Shown here: positions 23,836 through 36,357 of the stretch, in pieces
Layout: each line of letters starts with the position of its first letter
How positions within the stretch are numbered: position 1 is the first letter of the stretch
NCBI GenBank assembly: GCA_043228905.1
Contig: JBHGNT010000020.1
Coordinates: 1,674,001-1,738,000, forward strand
Source: Azolla caroliniana
Lineage: Eukaryota > Plantae > Polypodiophyta
Direction: 5' to 3'
Length of the DNA: 64,000 bases
Made by a program: the position numbers and the translations under genes
The notes under the pieces: model-generated
What the model was told of the DNA's origin: nothing
Databases searched by the model: none
Seen by the model: the letters and a program-made list of their open reading frames with translations, nothing else

Positions 23836-25110
23836 ATGTATCCAGAAGTGAAAGGCGATCAACCGTCTTCATCATCCGAGACAATGTTTCATCATCTGAT
23901 GCCACAGGAGGACCAGACTGCAAGCTTCCATGATCCGATTGCTTTGGAACCGATCAATCCCTTCGAAAAGCTTCACGATTCGCTCGTATTGAACATACTG
24001 AACATGGTCTCCGACATAAAATCTCTGGGAAGATGCGCTCTGGTATCCAAGAGGCTCTCTTCCCTCATCCCCATGGTAGAAACTGTCACTGTAAAAGTCG
24101 ATTGTGTGATTAAAACAGGGGAAGAAGAAGAAGAAGAAGAAGAAGGGGATAACAGTGTCTCTAGAAGAGGAAGTGGTATTCTGAGCCATTTGTGTAGATT
24201 AGTTGTCGGAAGCTTAGCCAAGCCTTTGCAAGTTCTTCTGCATATGCTAGAGCCGAAGAAGGAGGTGTTAGGCCCGACTACCCATCATTCTCCTGTCGAG
24301 GTTCTGAAGAATTTCAAGGCGATCCGCAGGCTAAGGATCGAGCTCCCCGGGGGAGAACTCGGGGTCGAAAACGGAGTTTTATTGAAATGGAGAGCCGAAT
24401 TCGGAAGCACTCTCGAGAGTTGCGTGATCTTAGGCACCTCGGGACTCGTGAAGCCGGGAAATGTAGGGGTGAGAAAAGCACCCAAGTTCGAGTTTACAAG
24501 GCCGTGGTTCTTACAAAATCGAGGCGAAGATATAAGCCTTAGAGAATTAGTGGTTGGAGAAGGGGCTAATAATGCCAATAACAATCCTAGTGATAATGAT
24601 GCAATGATTTTGCAAGGGCAAGATGATAATGGTAGCATTCCGGAGTCATTTTACACCAATGGAGGCCTCAAGCTTCGGGTTGTGTGGACCATAAGCTCAC
24701 TAATCGCGGCCTCGGCTCGGCATTATCTCCTTCAGCAGATCATTTGTGAGCACCCAACACTGCAAGGTTTGATTGTGACCGATGCCGATGGGCAAGGGAT
24801 GCTATGTATGGGAAAAGCGCAACTAGAAGAGTTTAGGGTTAAGCCATTGGCTCCCTCGGCTTCTTGGGACCGAACCCAAGTACCCGCATTGAGTATGAAG
24901 CTTTGGTATGCTCCTTACATTGAGCTTCCTGGGGGGACTGGAATGGAAGGAGCCACTTTGATTGCGATAAAACCTAGCAATCATCCTGCTCAACAACCTC
25001 CTCGAGACTTGGATGGGTTTGTTTTCGGTGCTTTCGAAGAGCCTTTCAAGAGCGCAGTTACATTGCTCGCAAAGAGGGGGACGTACCTTCTCGAAATGAA
25101 CTCTTTTTAA
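23836..25110 (+). CDS. Plant F-box protein, At4g18380/At5g46170/At1g30200/AUF1-like family; intronless
   Basis: N-terminal F-box FEKLHDSLVLNILNMVSDIKSLGRCALVSKR; family motifs HHSPVEVLKNF, GVLLKWRAEFGSTLESCVILG, DDNGSIPESFYTNGGLKLRVVWTISSLIAASARHYLLQ and C-terminal TYLLEMNSF. Confidence 0.95.
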   Translation: MYPEVKGDQPSSSSETMFHHLMPQEDQTASFHDPIALEPINPFEKLHDSLVLNILNMVSDIKSLGRCALVSKRLSSLIPMVETVTVKVDCVIKTGEEEEEEEEGDNSVSRRGSGILSHLCRLVVGSLAKPLQVLLHMLEPKKEVLGPTTHHSPVEVLKNFKAIRRLRIELPGGELGVENGVLLKWRAEFGSTLESCVILGTSGLVKPGNVGVRKAPKFEFTRPWFLQNRGEDISLRELVVGEGANNANNNPSDNDAMILQGQDDNGSIPESFYTNGGLKLRVVWTISSLIAASARHYLLQQIICEHPTLQGLIVTDADGQGMLCMGKAQLEEFRVKPLAPSASWDRTQVPALSMKLWYAPYIELPGGTGMEGATLIAIKPSNHPAQQPPRDLDGFVFGAFEEPFKSAVTLLAKRGTYLLEMNSF

Positions 25111-26534
25111 TGCCCGTTTTTCGCACCGTTTTTTCAGGTGATGGATCAGATGGAGCTAATCAACTATGTGACTAACTATAGCTTGGTTTTTCTTTCATAA
25201 TCTGGATGATGAGGAGTCCTTGTGAGTGCTCATTGTTAGAACCCTATCGAGTTTGGCCATAGAATGAATTCTCATTTTTGTTTGGGGTAGTGTACTGCTA
25301 GTGGAAAAGCAAGATGAAGGTCCTTTAGTAGTTTTAACGTAGTGTGGATTGCGAATCTGAATGCTCGCCATGAAACCTCATCCAAAACTTGCCTGAGCAA
25401 GTCTTCATGTATGTATATTTTTCTCTTTGGATTGTTTCTTACCAGAAAGAAAGAAACTCCTCCTTTCTTTTGGTGTAAGTGGTTTGCAAGTTGTGAATGT
25501 AATATATACATGTAAAATGTGTGCAAAATCCACTCGGTTACATTTTTTTAAAATGGTATGGCATGTTCTTCAAGTGTGGATAACTTCCCAAAGAGATTTG
25601 CATACCAATAGTATATGGAAAAAACAAGGTATGTCTTGATAGATTGAAGATACGAAATTTGCATTTGATATGCACCCCTTGTCAATCCTCATCAAAGGTT
25701 TGTGGGTTTTCTGGTTGTAATGTTTTATGGTATATTGTTTGGTCGGAAAAATGTTCATCCAAGGTGATCAACAGGGCAAGACGATAAATCCCCACATTGA
25801 CCCTCAAAAGTGTTGTAATTCTAAGTGGATACAAGATGATGAACATGAAAAAACTAGCTCTAGGCTGATCAAAGATGTGGAAAAAGAGATTTTCTAATTG
25901 GGTGTGGTGGCTGGTTAAAAATAATCATGCTCTCGATGCCTACATTCCGCACTATAGTATTTGATGAAACACCTAGTATTTTGACAATCCTTAATAGGAA
26001 AATATGCTAGAGGACTCACTTCTTTACTCAAGCTTGTCACATCTATATTTTGATTTTGAATGGCGTGTCATGTATTTGATGTTGTCATGGATTATTCAAA
26101 TTCTACATTTGTATAGACATATGGTATTATTATACATATATACATGCAAAGGAGTATAGCATGTGTTTGTTAGGATGGGCCATACAGTATGTGGGCTACC
26201 TAACCATGGATTGTGCCCTTGACGTCTCAATGGTGGTCAAAAAGTAATCTCTTACCGTGGAATTGTTCGTTTATCCCCGTGTTTTCCTCTCCTTCTAAAT
26301 TTGATACAGTTATAGCCAAGTGAGAAGCCTTATTTTTAGTAAACCATACACATGACCTTTGTGGTCTCCGCATTATAAACATTATGGTTGAGCTACATTC
26401 ATTGGGTCTCTCTTGAGTGCAAGGACTAAAAAGAATGGTAAGAGGGACGAACTAAAAAACCATCTTCTTCTCTCAATGAGGAAGTTGCACTCACTTTTAT
26501 ATGCTATTAGATTCCATCCCTTTGTCCTCATTAG

Positions 26535-27200
26535 CACCATCGATCACCTTTGGATTCCATCCCCATGAGCACATCGGAGACGCGTGGAAGAACTTGAGAA
26601 GTATCAGGTGAATATTGCAATTTCTCAAATCTATGAGAATGTGATATTTTGTGCACGTAGAGGAGATAGAATTCTAGATTTTCTCACTAGCATTATTGGT
26701 GTCAAACAAAGATGCCAACTCTCTTTGGTATTGCGCATTGATGAGTTGGAACAAATGGTTGATGAGTTTGTAAAAACAAGAAGGAATTGAAGAAGTTGCC
26801 ACACGAGAAGGTATTAATCAAACCTTTGTTATACATTATTACATAGGTGATGTGTGCTTTTCACAAATACTTTAGAGAATGCCAAAAGCTTCTAAAAGTG
26901 TATAGGAAAACTTTTGCATCCATATTAAGTTGAATGTTAGTATCTTATTTTTTCCAATGCTAATGGATCACAACTCAGAGATATGTGTAGGCTCACTTTC
27001 ACACATTATATCATATATATGTAATGCACCAAACTAAAACCATTTTCTTCTCTTAACAAGGAAATTGTATTGACTTATACATGTGCACATTTTGCCTTCC
27101 AAGTTTATGAGACCAAGTGTCACATTTGGATACAAATTTACAATGCACCACCTTCAACCACACGCGAGGTTGATTTCAATACGTTGTTTCTCCAATCCAA
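26535..27200 (+). pseudogene. Old decayed RTE-X-like LINE RT fragment
   Basis: AGCACCATCGATCACCTT and EELE..ISQIYENVI..IGVKQRC..IDELEQMV match ORF2 of the young LINE. Confidence 0.75.
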
Positions 27201-27389
27201 TCTCTACACTCATTTCTCTCACAATCAAATTGTGGATTTATTAGTATTAAGAAAAGATTTCCAAAAAGATTTCACTCTTTTTTTTTTCCAAAAAGATTTC
27301 CTTCATTAGTATTAAGAAAAAAACGTCGGAAGGCTACAAAATGTACATTTAGAGAGTGTTATATACAAAAAGGATAATCAGGGGAAGGG

Positions 27390-28720
27390 CTAGGGGTGAT
27401 GATATTTCCATATTGGTCCTTGAGAGGAGACCGTGAATAGAGGCAACTTCCTCCATAACTGCAATAATTTTTTCCTTTTCTTAAGAACAACCTCTGAAGA
27501 ACTCGACATATTGTCATATTGCCCACGCACTACCGCCAATAAGCTATCCCATAATTTTGGCAATATATCTGAGAGGAGGGGAATTATGGAATCATATTGT
27601 CTTTTACACCGATACTTCCATAAGGTCCATAATGTAACCATGGATACTGTTTTCCATACATGGGTTGCACGCATTTGCTTTCGAGGTTGCTGAAAAGGGG
27701 AGACAGATATTAGATGCATGTTGATGACTATCTTAGCCTCTAGAGCATCAGTTGCCTCATACAATAAGAGACTGGAATGGAGAACCCCCCATACCGTTGA
27801 TCCCCAAGTGAAGAGGCAACTTGCATTAATTGTCAAGAATAAAGAAAGAACTTTATTCCATAGTATGAACCATACGTACCATATGTGCATTCGCATCCAC
27901 GAATGTTTCAATCATTCGCGTAAGGAAAACACCCTCAAAGAATGATAAATACCATAATTTTGGATTAACTATTTATGATGAGGTAAATAAACCTAAAAAA
28001 TGGAAACAAAACATTTAAAAAATAGGAAAAAAACACAAGAATGTTTGAATAACATTCGCATTCGTTTTCCAACGTAGGAAAACGAATGTTATGCCAGGCG
28101 AACACGAATTTTACGTACTATGCTTTATTCCATACCTGTTGGGCTAGTGAACAGGACCAGAGAGCATGCTTGGTAGTTTCTTGCAAGTCACCGCAATTAC
28201 TACATTGTCTAAGAATGGGTGCCACGTTTCCTTTCAAAGACTGACCTACTGGTAGTGCTGCATGTAGTAAAAGCCATCTGAAGAGAGTGTATTTTGTTGG
28301 TTCCCTAAAAGACCAAATCCATTTCTAATAAGCCTTCAAATGATTGCTTGAAACACCCCACTTTTTCCAGTGCTTTTGAGCCGCAGGAGTTGGAATATTC
28401 TTAGACATGAGTAAGGTTCTACCAAATTTCACAGTATACTGAAAGAACAAAACTTTGTGCATTGGATCCATCATGGGACTATTCCAAAACCATCCCCTTG
28501 GGTCCCACATTAGCCTATTAACTTGTTGTCGTGCATATAACCAAAGCATATCCCACAAATGGGCTATTGATGGTTGTGGATCAAGAGCCATTTCGTACCA
28601 GTTTTGGCAATCACCCTAACTGGAACAACGTGTAGGTTTTGTAACAAATTGTGAACAGCAATTTGAGAAATGTAACTCCAAATCTAACAAGCCATCAGAC
28701 ATTGTATAAAACAATGAGTA
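27390..28720 (-). pseudogene. Decayed 3' part of an L1-type LINE ORF2 (zf-RVT region)
   Basis: Trp-rich L1 C-terminal-like segments: VTLWTLWKYRCKRQY, TWGSTVWG, HWKKWG...YWKW. Confidence 0.6.
27859..28122. mobile_element. hAT-type MITE (264 bp)
   Basis: TIRs CATAGTATG / CGTACTATG; 8-bp TSD CTTTATTC at 27851-27858 and 28123-28130. Confidence 0.85.
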
Positions 28721-28974
28721 TTATCTTCCATTTGAACCATGCAAAAGAAGCAATTGCCCGTCGTTAGTCCACGACACTTTAGAGCTAATCCCAAAAACAA
28801 AACCCCAATCCAAACTCTCCAAATGGCAATTTAGAATGCCGCATACGTTTTAAAATCTACCACTATCCATGATCAGAGTTACATATTTTCCATTCTTCTT
28901 CAACCTTAGATGATAGCCATCTAAGACACTCAACGGAGCAATGATCTTTCTCTTTCTCTCTCATATTATTGTAA

Positions 28975-29035
28975 TCAATTGTCTCATAGGCCAATTTTTC
29001 TCTTAGAAGACGTCAATATATCTTTCTTTTTCTCT
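28975..29035 (+). mobile_element. Very short 3'-end remnant of an RTE-X-like LINE with a (TCTT)n tail
   Basis: GTCTCATAGGCCA...GAAGACGTCAATATATCT resembles the LINE 3' end GTCTCATAGGTCA...GAAGACGATAATATAATCT. Confidence 0.4.
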
Positions 29036-31632
29036 CCATAATGGAATTATGATCTAAGCAATTAGCCTATTCCATTGCCAATCCACAAACATAAGATGCT
29101 TTTCTCATGCATGTATGTGTTGACAATTATGCACACATATTTATATTTTCTTAATATAAAGATTGCACGTCTTCCTCACTATATAATAGTTGCAAGATGG
29201 TTACACTACCAACTAATGATTGTTAAAGCATGGCTAATCTAGTTCACGGGCATCAGTAACCTACAAAGTGTTGGGGTTTTTCACCTTGTGAGCATTTTGT
29301 GGCAAACGTGATACTTGTAAGAGACATAATGAAATAATGATCATATATAACTATGTTATTACAGAATATTGATAAAATATCATTAAATTTTAACTAGTGT
29401 ACATAGATGAAAATGAGTTCCAAGATATTTGAAGGGCAATAGATTAGAGAAAGGAGAAGGGTTTTAGAGTGTTGAAAAGGGGTTGGCCAAGATATAAAAA
29501 CAGTTAAGGGTTTTGGGTTTTGGAGATATGAAGATCATTGGTGACAAAATTGTGGAACAAATTGATGAGTTATTGGTGGCAAATATGGTAAAAGCCGAGC
29601 AAAGTGATTTTCAATTGTGACACATATTTGTCTTTAAATCAACAGAAGTTAATTTACATGAGTATGAATGGATTGCAAGAAGCGTTGTGGAACTCCAAGG
29701 CAAGGTTCACCTCATTTGCCATTTGTTGCAAGAACTGAGACCTTTTCCCTAAAAAGCCTCAATTTTCAAAGTTTTCAACAAAAGCATCTTTCTTATTGGC
29801 CGAGGGAGAATTATTTATGTATATTCCAAATTCTTATAAGGCCCAAGTTCGTCCACCATTTTCCTAAAATTGAGGGAGGTATCATGATAGAGATGTTTCA
29901 CCTAATTTCCCAAACACACAAACCTCGTCAAGTAGACATTCATTGTGTTGACATTGTAGGCGTCACTTATCAAATATTGCTAGCCACATCAATCCCTCAA
30001 TTATTTCTTATGGCTAGATGTCTTGGAGAAAATCAAGCCACATGACACATTGTTGAACAACATATCTCATACCTAGTCCTTCCAAATTGACAATGGACGC
30101 TAGTAGACTTGTTCTAGGCAACTTTATTGACCTTCACAATCCCAATTATGTAAAGACATTGCTCATGAGGTGTCTTTTTCCTTATGTCATGTCTCTCAAA
30201 CATTCATTGGTTATGTAACTATCCCATTACTTGTGAATGAATCGTTGTTGACAATAAAAGGAAGCCATGTGATAACATATTATGCTTAGACTCATTGTCT
30301 AAATAAAATCATTGTCCATATCAACAAAACCAATATTGAAAACAACAAGGAATCCCTTAGGCATATGATTTATCGGCCAAGCATCATTCGTTGAAGCTCT
30401 TTTCAAACCCTTGGTTTGCTATCATTTGCATTTCAAAATGTGGAAGTATTTGCAAATGTTAAAGATGTAAAGTCATATTTTTAGAAGAGAATAGACAAGA
30501 TGCATGATCAGGAACTAAAATGATGAAGAGCTTTGGTAAAGGACAAAATATCAAATTGTATGATCAATAATTAAAATTATAAATGTTCACGGTATAACAA
30601 TCATACATATTAGGACACAATGATCTCAAATCTAAATGCTCACCATCTGTGATCTCGCATGTTGGACCACACTAATTTCAAGATATGCCCACCAGAAACT
30701 GGGTGAAGGAATGTTGAGCAATATATGTGGCAGAGATTTCAGTGATAAAGGCCAAAAAACTTGAACCCAATGTTGTTGAGATTGTTAAAGCTGCACGAGT
30801 GTTCAATAGTTTTCTAGTTAATTATGTTGCAATTTTCTTTGTAATACTGTTTTGTATATTGCCTTTGGCCACTTTATGTTAATACCAATGGAGGATATTT
30901 TTATGGGAAAATAAATAAATAAATCTAAATGCAAGGCACAAAGTTATTATAAGCCCCATAACTTTTGAGTGAAAATAACAATTTTTTAATTTCAATTTCC
31001 TCATATACAAAGAAGATAATAGAAGGTTTTTTCATGTCATTCTTTGGCACATAATAACTTATTTGTTGGATATTTCCAAGAAAAACATCAAGAATGTGTA
31101 CCTTGATTATACAATGTATTCATTATCCCTCCATTAGGATGAAACAATTGTTAAGGATCTATGTATCGATGGAGTAAGCTCCTCGATGTCGTGGCGGGAT
31201 TCAGACCGTCGTATACCCTCTTGATGGCGAATCGGGCGGAGATGGTTGTCGGATACCTCCGAGCCTCACACTCACTCAACGATTAGTAAATGATTAAGCA
31301 CGATATCTCTCTCACTCTCTCAAGCTCTCTCTCTCTCTCCTCTTCTCTCTATCTTTCTCTCTCTCTTTCAAAGCTCTCTGTAAGTTCACTCCGGCCATCG
31401 TTTTCTACGTTCTATAGCTCGTTGGAAAGCTCTTTGAGAGAGCTTTCTAAAGAATGTTCATTTACTGAATTCCGTTACCGTGGCGAGAAGTTATGAGCAT
31501 TTTCATCCGCAGCCATCTTTGCCCCACGGTTCCTCAAACGGAAGGTAGATTTTGAAGCCCTAAATCGAGTGAAAGGTACATTCTCTCTCCTTCCCTCTTT
31601 GTCTCTCTTTTCCCGTACGGTTTGTCCCTACA

Positions 31633-32502
31633 ATGGCAAATACTCGTAAAACCGCCGCAAAGTTTGGGGGTATGATTGATAATGAGCCGAGATCACCAAC
31701 AAATCTCGATTCTAATGCAATGGACAAAATGCTTATGAGTCACTTGATTTCTCTTCAAGAAACCATAAACAAGCAAGGTGAAGAGATTAGGATGTTAATG
31801 AAAGAGAATACTAAGCTCCAAAGTGTTGTCATTGAGAATGAAAGTCTTAAACAAGTGGTTGCAAAACTTCAAGAAGAGATTCAAGAATGTAAAAGAGCTT
31901 CATTTGAAACAAATGAGCGCCTTAACAAGATTGAGTTAAAGGAAGCATTAAAAGAAGAAAAATTGGATACAATGAGGCGGGATGTAAGTGAGATGAAAAA
32001 TGTATGTACAACGAAGTCATGGGCCGATATATGTGGTGGGGATGTGTTATCAAACTCATCTAATATGCATGTGATGCATCAAGATAAGAATATAGAAAGC
32101 ATAGATGTCCGAGAATTGAAAGAACGCGAACGACGATCAAAGAACATTGTCGTCCGTGGTATTAAAGAAGAGAGTATGGAAACACCCGCATCCCTTGGAA
32201 AGGCCATTGGTGAATTTTTTAGCATGCATTATGGGATGTCAGATGTGAATGTATATGGGGCACACCGAGTTGGGAAACATGGTGTTACTCGCTCCGGAGA
32301 AAGGCCTATTGTATGCACAATGACAGATGATACAAAGCGGCGGATCATACTCGAAAATAGTTGGGTATACCTCAAAGGTACACAATGCTTTGTGAGTGAA
32401 GATCGTACTATCTCACAACAAAATGCTCGTCGTAAAGCATATGAAGAAAGATTGAAAAACAAGGTTAAGGATGTGCCTAAAGATGGAAATGTAGGCAAAT
32501 AG
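31633..32502 (+). CDS. LINE ORF1p, intact, 289 aa
   Basis: Open from ATG to TAG; coiled coil then RRSKNIVVRGIKE / AHRVGK / RPIV / SEDRT. Confidence 0.88.
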   Translation: MANTRKTAAKFGGMIDNEPRSPTNLDSNAMDKMLMSHLISLQETINKQGEEIRMLMKENTKLQSVVIENESLKQVVAKLQEEIQECKRASFETNERLNKIELKEALKEEKLDTMRRDVSEMKNVCTTKSWADICGGDVLSNSSNMHVMHQDKNIESIDVRELKERERRSKNIVVRGIKEESMETPASLGKAIGEFFSMHYGMSDVNVYGAHRVGKHGVTRSGERPIVCTMTDDTKRRIILENSWVYLKGTQCFVSEDRTISQQNARRKAYEERLKNKVKDVPKDGNVGK

Positions 32503-32528
32503 GGACACGTGATCTATGAGACTAACCC

Positions 32529-35500
32529 GTGCGCCTTTTACGACTATGCTTTTGGAATTGCAATGGATACCCATGGAATGCGGGATTTGGCATAGAGGAG
32601 TTCACCAATGACTCGGATATCACACTTCTTGTTGAAACATGGGAGCATGATACTCAAAGGATTCAAGGTTTAGGAAACTATAATGTACACTCTTTGATAT
32701 GGAAGAAAAATCCAAGACAAAGAAGAGGACAAGGAGGGGTGGCATGTTTGATTAAGAAGGAAATAGAGAAATATGTGTCAATCATAAAAAATGATGAAAA
32801 TAAATGCTACATATGGCTCAAAATAGAAACACCTAATGATTTGCCCACTTTTGTAGTTGGATGTTACATTCATCATCAAGATTCTAACTTTTATGCTTGT
32901 TTGGATAAAGATCAACCGTTTGCCAATCTAGAAGATGATATTGCTTATTTCAAATCCAAAGGGGAAGTTATTGTCTTTGGTGACATGAATGCTCGTACAA
33001 GAAGTTTCCAACTTGATTCACAAGAATCTTTCATGCCACATATCTCAAGGATGCAAGAGGATATGCAAATGTATAACCGCTCTTCTAGCGATGAAAAAGA
33101 TCCGGACCAATTTGGGAAGTTACTCCTACAAATGTGCAATAGTACCGGATTGCTTATTGCAAATGGTATTTCCTTATGGCCCAACACTAATGGTTTTACA
33201 TGTAGAAAATACAACGGAAATAGTGTGATTGATTATGTGCTACTTTCCGAAGGTATTTTGGATCGTATACATAAATTCTCACTTGGTGAATGGACACCGG
33301 AATCAGATCATAGGCCTTTATGTATTGATCTCAAATGTATGCATAGGTTTGATTGTGAGAAGGCTATTGAAGATAATAAACAACCGCACTTGAGCATGAA
33401 CCTTAAGCGAGCACCCATGTATTCCAAGATGGTTGAGGATATGTTACAAATGACAAAGATACAACATGGTGCCACACTAGAATGCAAATGGGAAGCTTTC
33501 AAGAAAGTCATTCTCTCATGTACAAACAAATGTTTTTCGACCAACCGCACATCTTGGAAATGCACCAAGAAACTTAGGAAAAAATGGTTTGATAAAGAAT
33601 GTCGTGAAGCTCGAAAGTGCCTTATGGTTTTGGATGTAGTTAAGGATAAAGAGAATTACCAAAAGCATTTGCATGAGTATAAAAGGCTTATTCAAAGAAA
33701 GAGAAGAATATGGGAAGTTACTCAACAATTTATCCAAACGCAAGAGAAAGCACATGCATGTGCTAAATTTTGGGGAAATCTAAAGGGAAAACGTGTTGAG
33801 AGTTATGGTGACTTAACTCTTCACGACTTGTCTATGCATTGTAAGAATTTATATGAGTTATCTCTTGCCGGAAAGATGATGTGTTATGGTTCTCTTTCAC
33901 ATATGCCTCCCTTCTTTACAATTGAAGATATATGCATAGGACTTAAGAAATTGGCCTCTCGAAAGGCAAGCGATCTTCAATGTATAAAGGCTGAAATTCT
34001 CAAATGGACGGGAAAGGAAGCACATATATGGATAAGCGATATGTTTAATGATGCATTGCAACATGGTATGCCGTACGATTGGACTACAAATTGGATCAAA
34101 CCTTTACATAAAGGTGGAGATATAAATAATGTAAACAACTATCGAACCATCATGGTTGGCTCATTAATGGCAAAACTATTTGGATGTATAATGGAATCAA
34201 AGATAAGTGTATGGGCTGAAAAAAGTGGTAAGAGAGCTTATGGACAAGCTGGCTTTCGGAAACACCATAGCACCATTGATCACCTTATCACCCTTTGAGT
34301 ATTAATGGAGGAAAGTCGCCTTAGAGGTAAAGGTTTATATTGTTGCTTTGTAGACTTCAAGAAAGCTTTTGATATGGTACCTCGTGAGCATCTTTGGAGG
34401 CGAATGGAAGAACTTGAGGTGCCAAGTGAATATATGCTTGCAATTTCCCGAATTTATGAGAAGGTTATATGTTGTGTGCGCATGAGAGATAAACTTTCAG
34501 ATTTTTTCAAAAGCACTATTGGTGTTAAGCAAGGATGCCCACTCTCACCAACACTATTTGGTCTATGCATTGATGAATTGGAAGAAATGGTTACCAAGTT
34601 TGTAAAGGAAGAATGTGTTGAAGAAGTTGCCATTGGGAATGTTGTGATTATGCTTTTGCTATATGCAGATGACGTAGTGCTTTTTGCAAATACTTTAGGA
34701 GATGCACAAAAGCTTATGAAGGCATTGGAAAAATTTTGCATGCATACTAAATTAAGTGTCAATAGCTCTAAAACAAAGATTATGCTTGTGAAGAGCCAAA
34801 AAAGAGATAAACCATGCATTATGTACAACAATGAGCCACTTGAATGTGTGGAAAGCTTCAAATATCTTGGCCTTGAAGTTCCTTCAAATCATAGATGGAA
34901 TGAATGTGCTACACGCCGCTTAGAGGCGGGCAAACGAGCATACTATGCATTTGAGAACACATGCAATCTTGGAGATATTGAGTGTTGGGTCCTCAAGAAA
35001 TATCTTTTTGACACTTTGGTGACACCAGTTCTTCTCTATGGGGTGGAAGTATGGGGCGGTAGCATCCCTAAGTCTATGTGGAAAGAGTTTGAAAATGTCC
35101 AAAAGCATTTTCTTACCAAGTTTCTACAAGTTAAGAAACAAACGCCCTACACCCGCCTCCTCCTTGAGACGGGATCGCTTCCCATTGAGATCATGGCCAT
35201 GGAAAGGGTTGTTGAATACATGCTTAAGGTTCAAAAAAGTCCCTCACATCGACTTCCTAGAATTGCGTGGGAAGCAAGCAAAAAGATCCAAAAGACGCAT
35301 AAAAGCAAAATTTTGTGTTCCGGTTGGATGCAAGATACAGAAAAATGGTTTGGTAGATGGGATGCGAGACACTTGCTTCATGATGCATCATTAGATTCCT
35401 CTGTAAATGAGGCATTTTTGCAACGCCAATGTATCATGACATGGGACAAATGTGGAGGCTCACGCTTCACACATTATACTACACATGTTGCACCTAACTA

Positions 35501-35885
35501 CAAAACCATATTCTTTGCGGAACGGGGAAATCGTACACATCCATACATGTTAGAGCCCATACCGTTATCTGCCATTCGAACCATTGCTTCCATGCGACTT
35601 AGCTCACATGCATTGCGATGTGAAACAGGGCGTTGGGGTACAAGTGATGAGAGTGGTCGGCTATGCACACTTTGCCCTAAACAAGTTCGCGAGTCTGAGT
35701 ATCACACTTTGATACAATGCTCTGCCTTTGACCATATTCGACCATGCTTTCCACATCTCTTCGATCGAGCCCAATCTTTGCATGAATTCCTCTCACAACC
35801 ACAATGTGCACTCTCGATTGCAACATTCATTGGTAAAGTTCTTGAACATCGAGAGTCACTACTCACTTTCACACGTATCACGTGA
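32529..35885 (+). pseudogene. LINE ORF2 (APE-RT-CCHC) with one premature TGA at 34296-34298
   Basis: CGA in copy 1 is TGA here; C-terminus SSHALRCETGRW...RLCTLC...ESEYHTLIQC...R. Confidence 0.92.
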
Positions 35886-36357
35886 AATGTAATATTTTTG
35901 GTCTCATAGGTCATATTTGATCTCCGAAGACGATAATATAATCTATCTATCTATCTATCTCTCATAGACAATAGATTAATAGATATAGACAATAAGAAGA
36001 AAGAGTATGTCTATTATTAACCCTCTTTTCTAAGAGGTCTAGCACCAACAAGGAGAGAGATTAGTGTTCTCTAACTCAACACTTCACTAATCTCTCTTAA
36101 GCTCAAAGGTTACAAGAAGGAGGAGAGGAATCTCTAGCTCTAATCAATAGGAGATCTTTACAAATGGGAGAACCCCCACAAAGCCACTACTATGTGGTTT
36201 ATATAGCTTTCACGTTTAGGGTATGGGCCTTTCACATTTGGCCATCTCTTTTCTTTCCTTTCCTCTTGCTGTTTCCTCTTCGTACTACGTCCTTGTTGAT
36301 GCGTTCTTATTCGTGGCTGGTTGTGTTGTTATCCCAACGCTTAACATGTCCCCCAAC

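Larger units (their letters stand above)
31315..35960 (+). mobile_element. RTE-X-like LINE copy 2, apparently full length, inserted in the Gypsy-A LTR
   Basis: CT-rich 5' UTR, ORF1, ORF2, (ATCT)5 tail; TCTCTCA on both sides as the probable TSD. Confidence 0.93.

Noticed and set aside
29100-31100. Possible decayed transposase coding region
   Set aside because: AT-rich with only short ORFs and no diagnostic motif that I can support.
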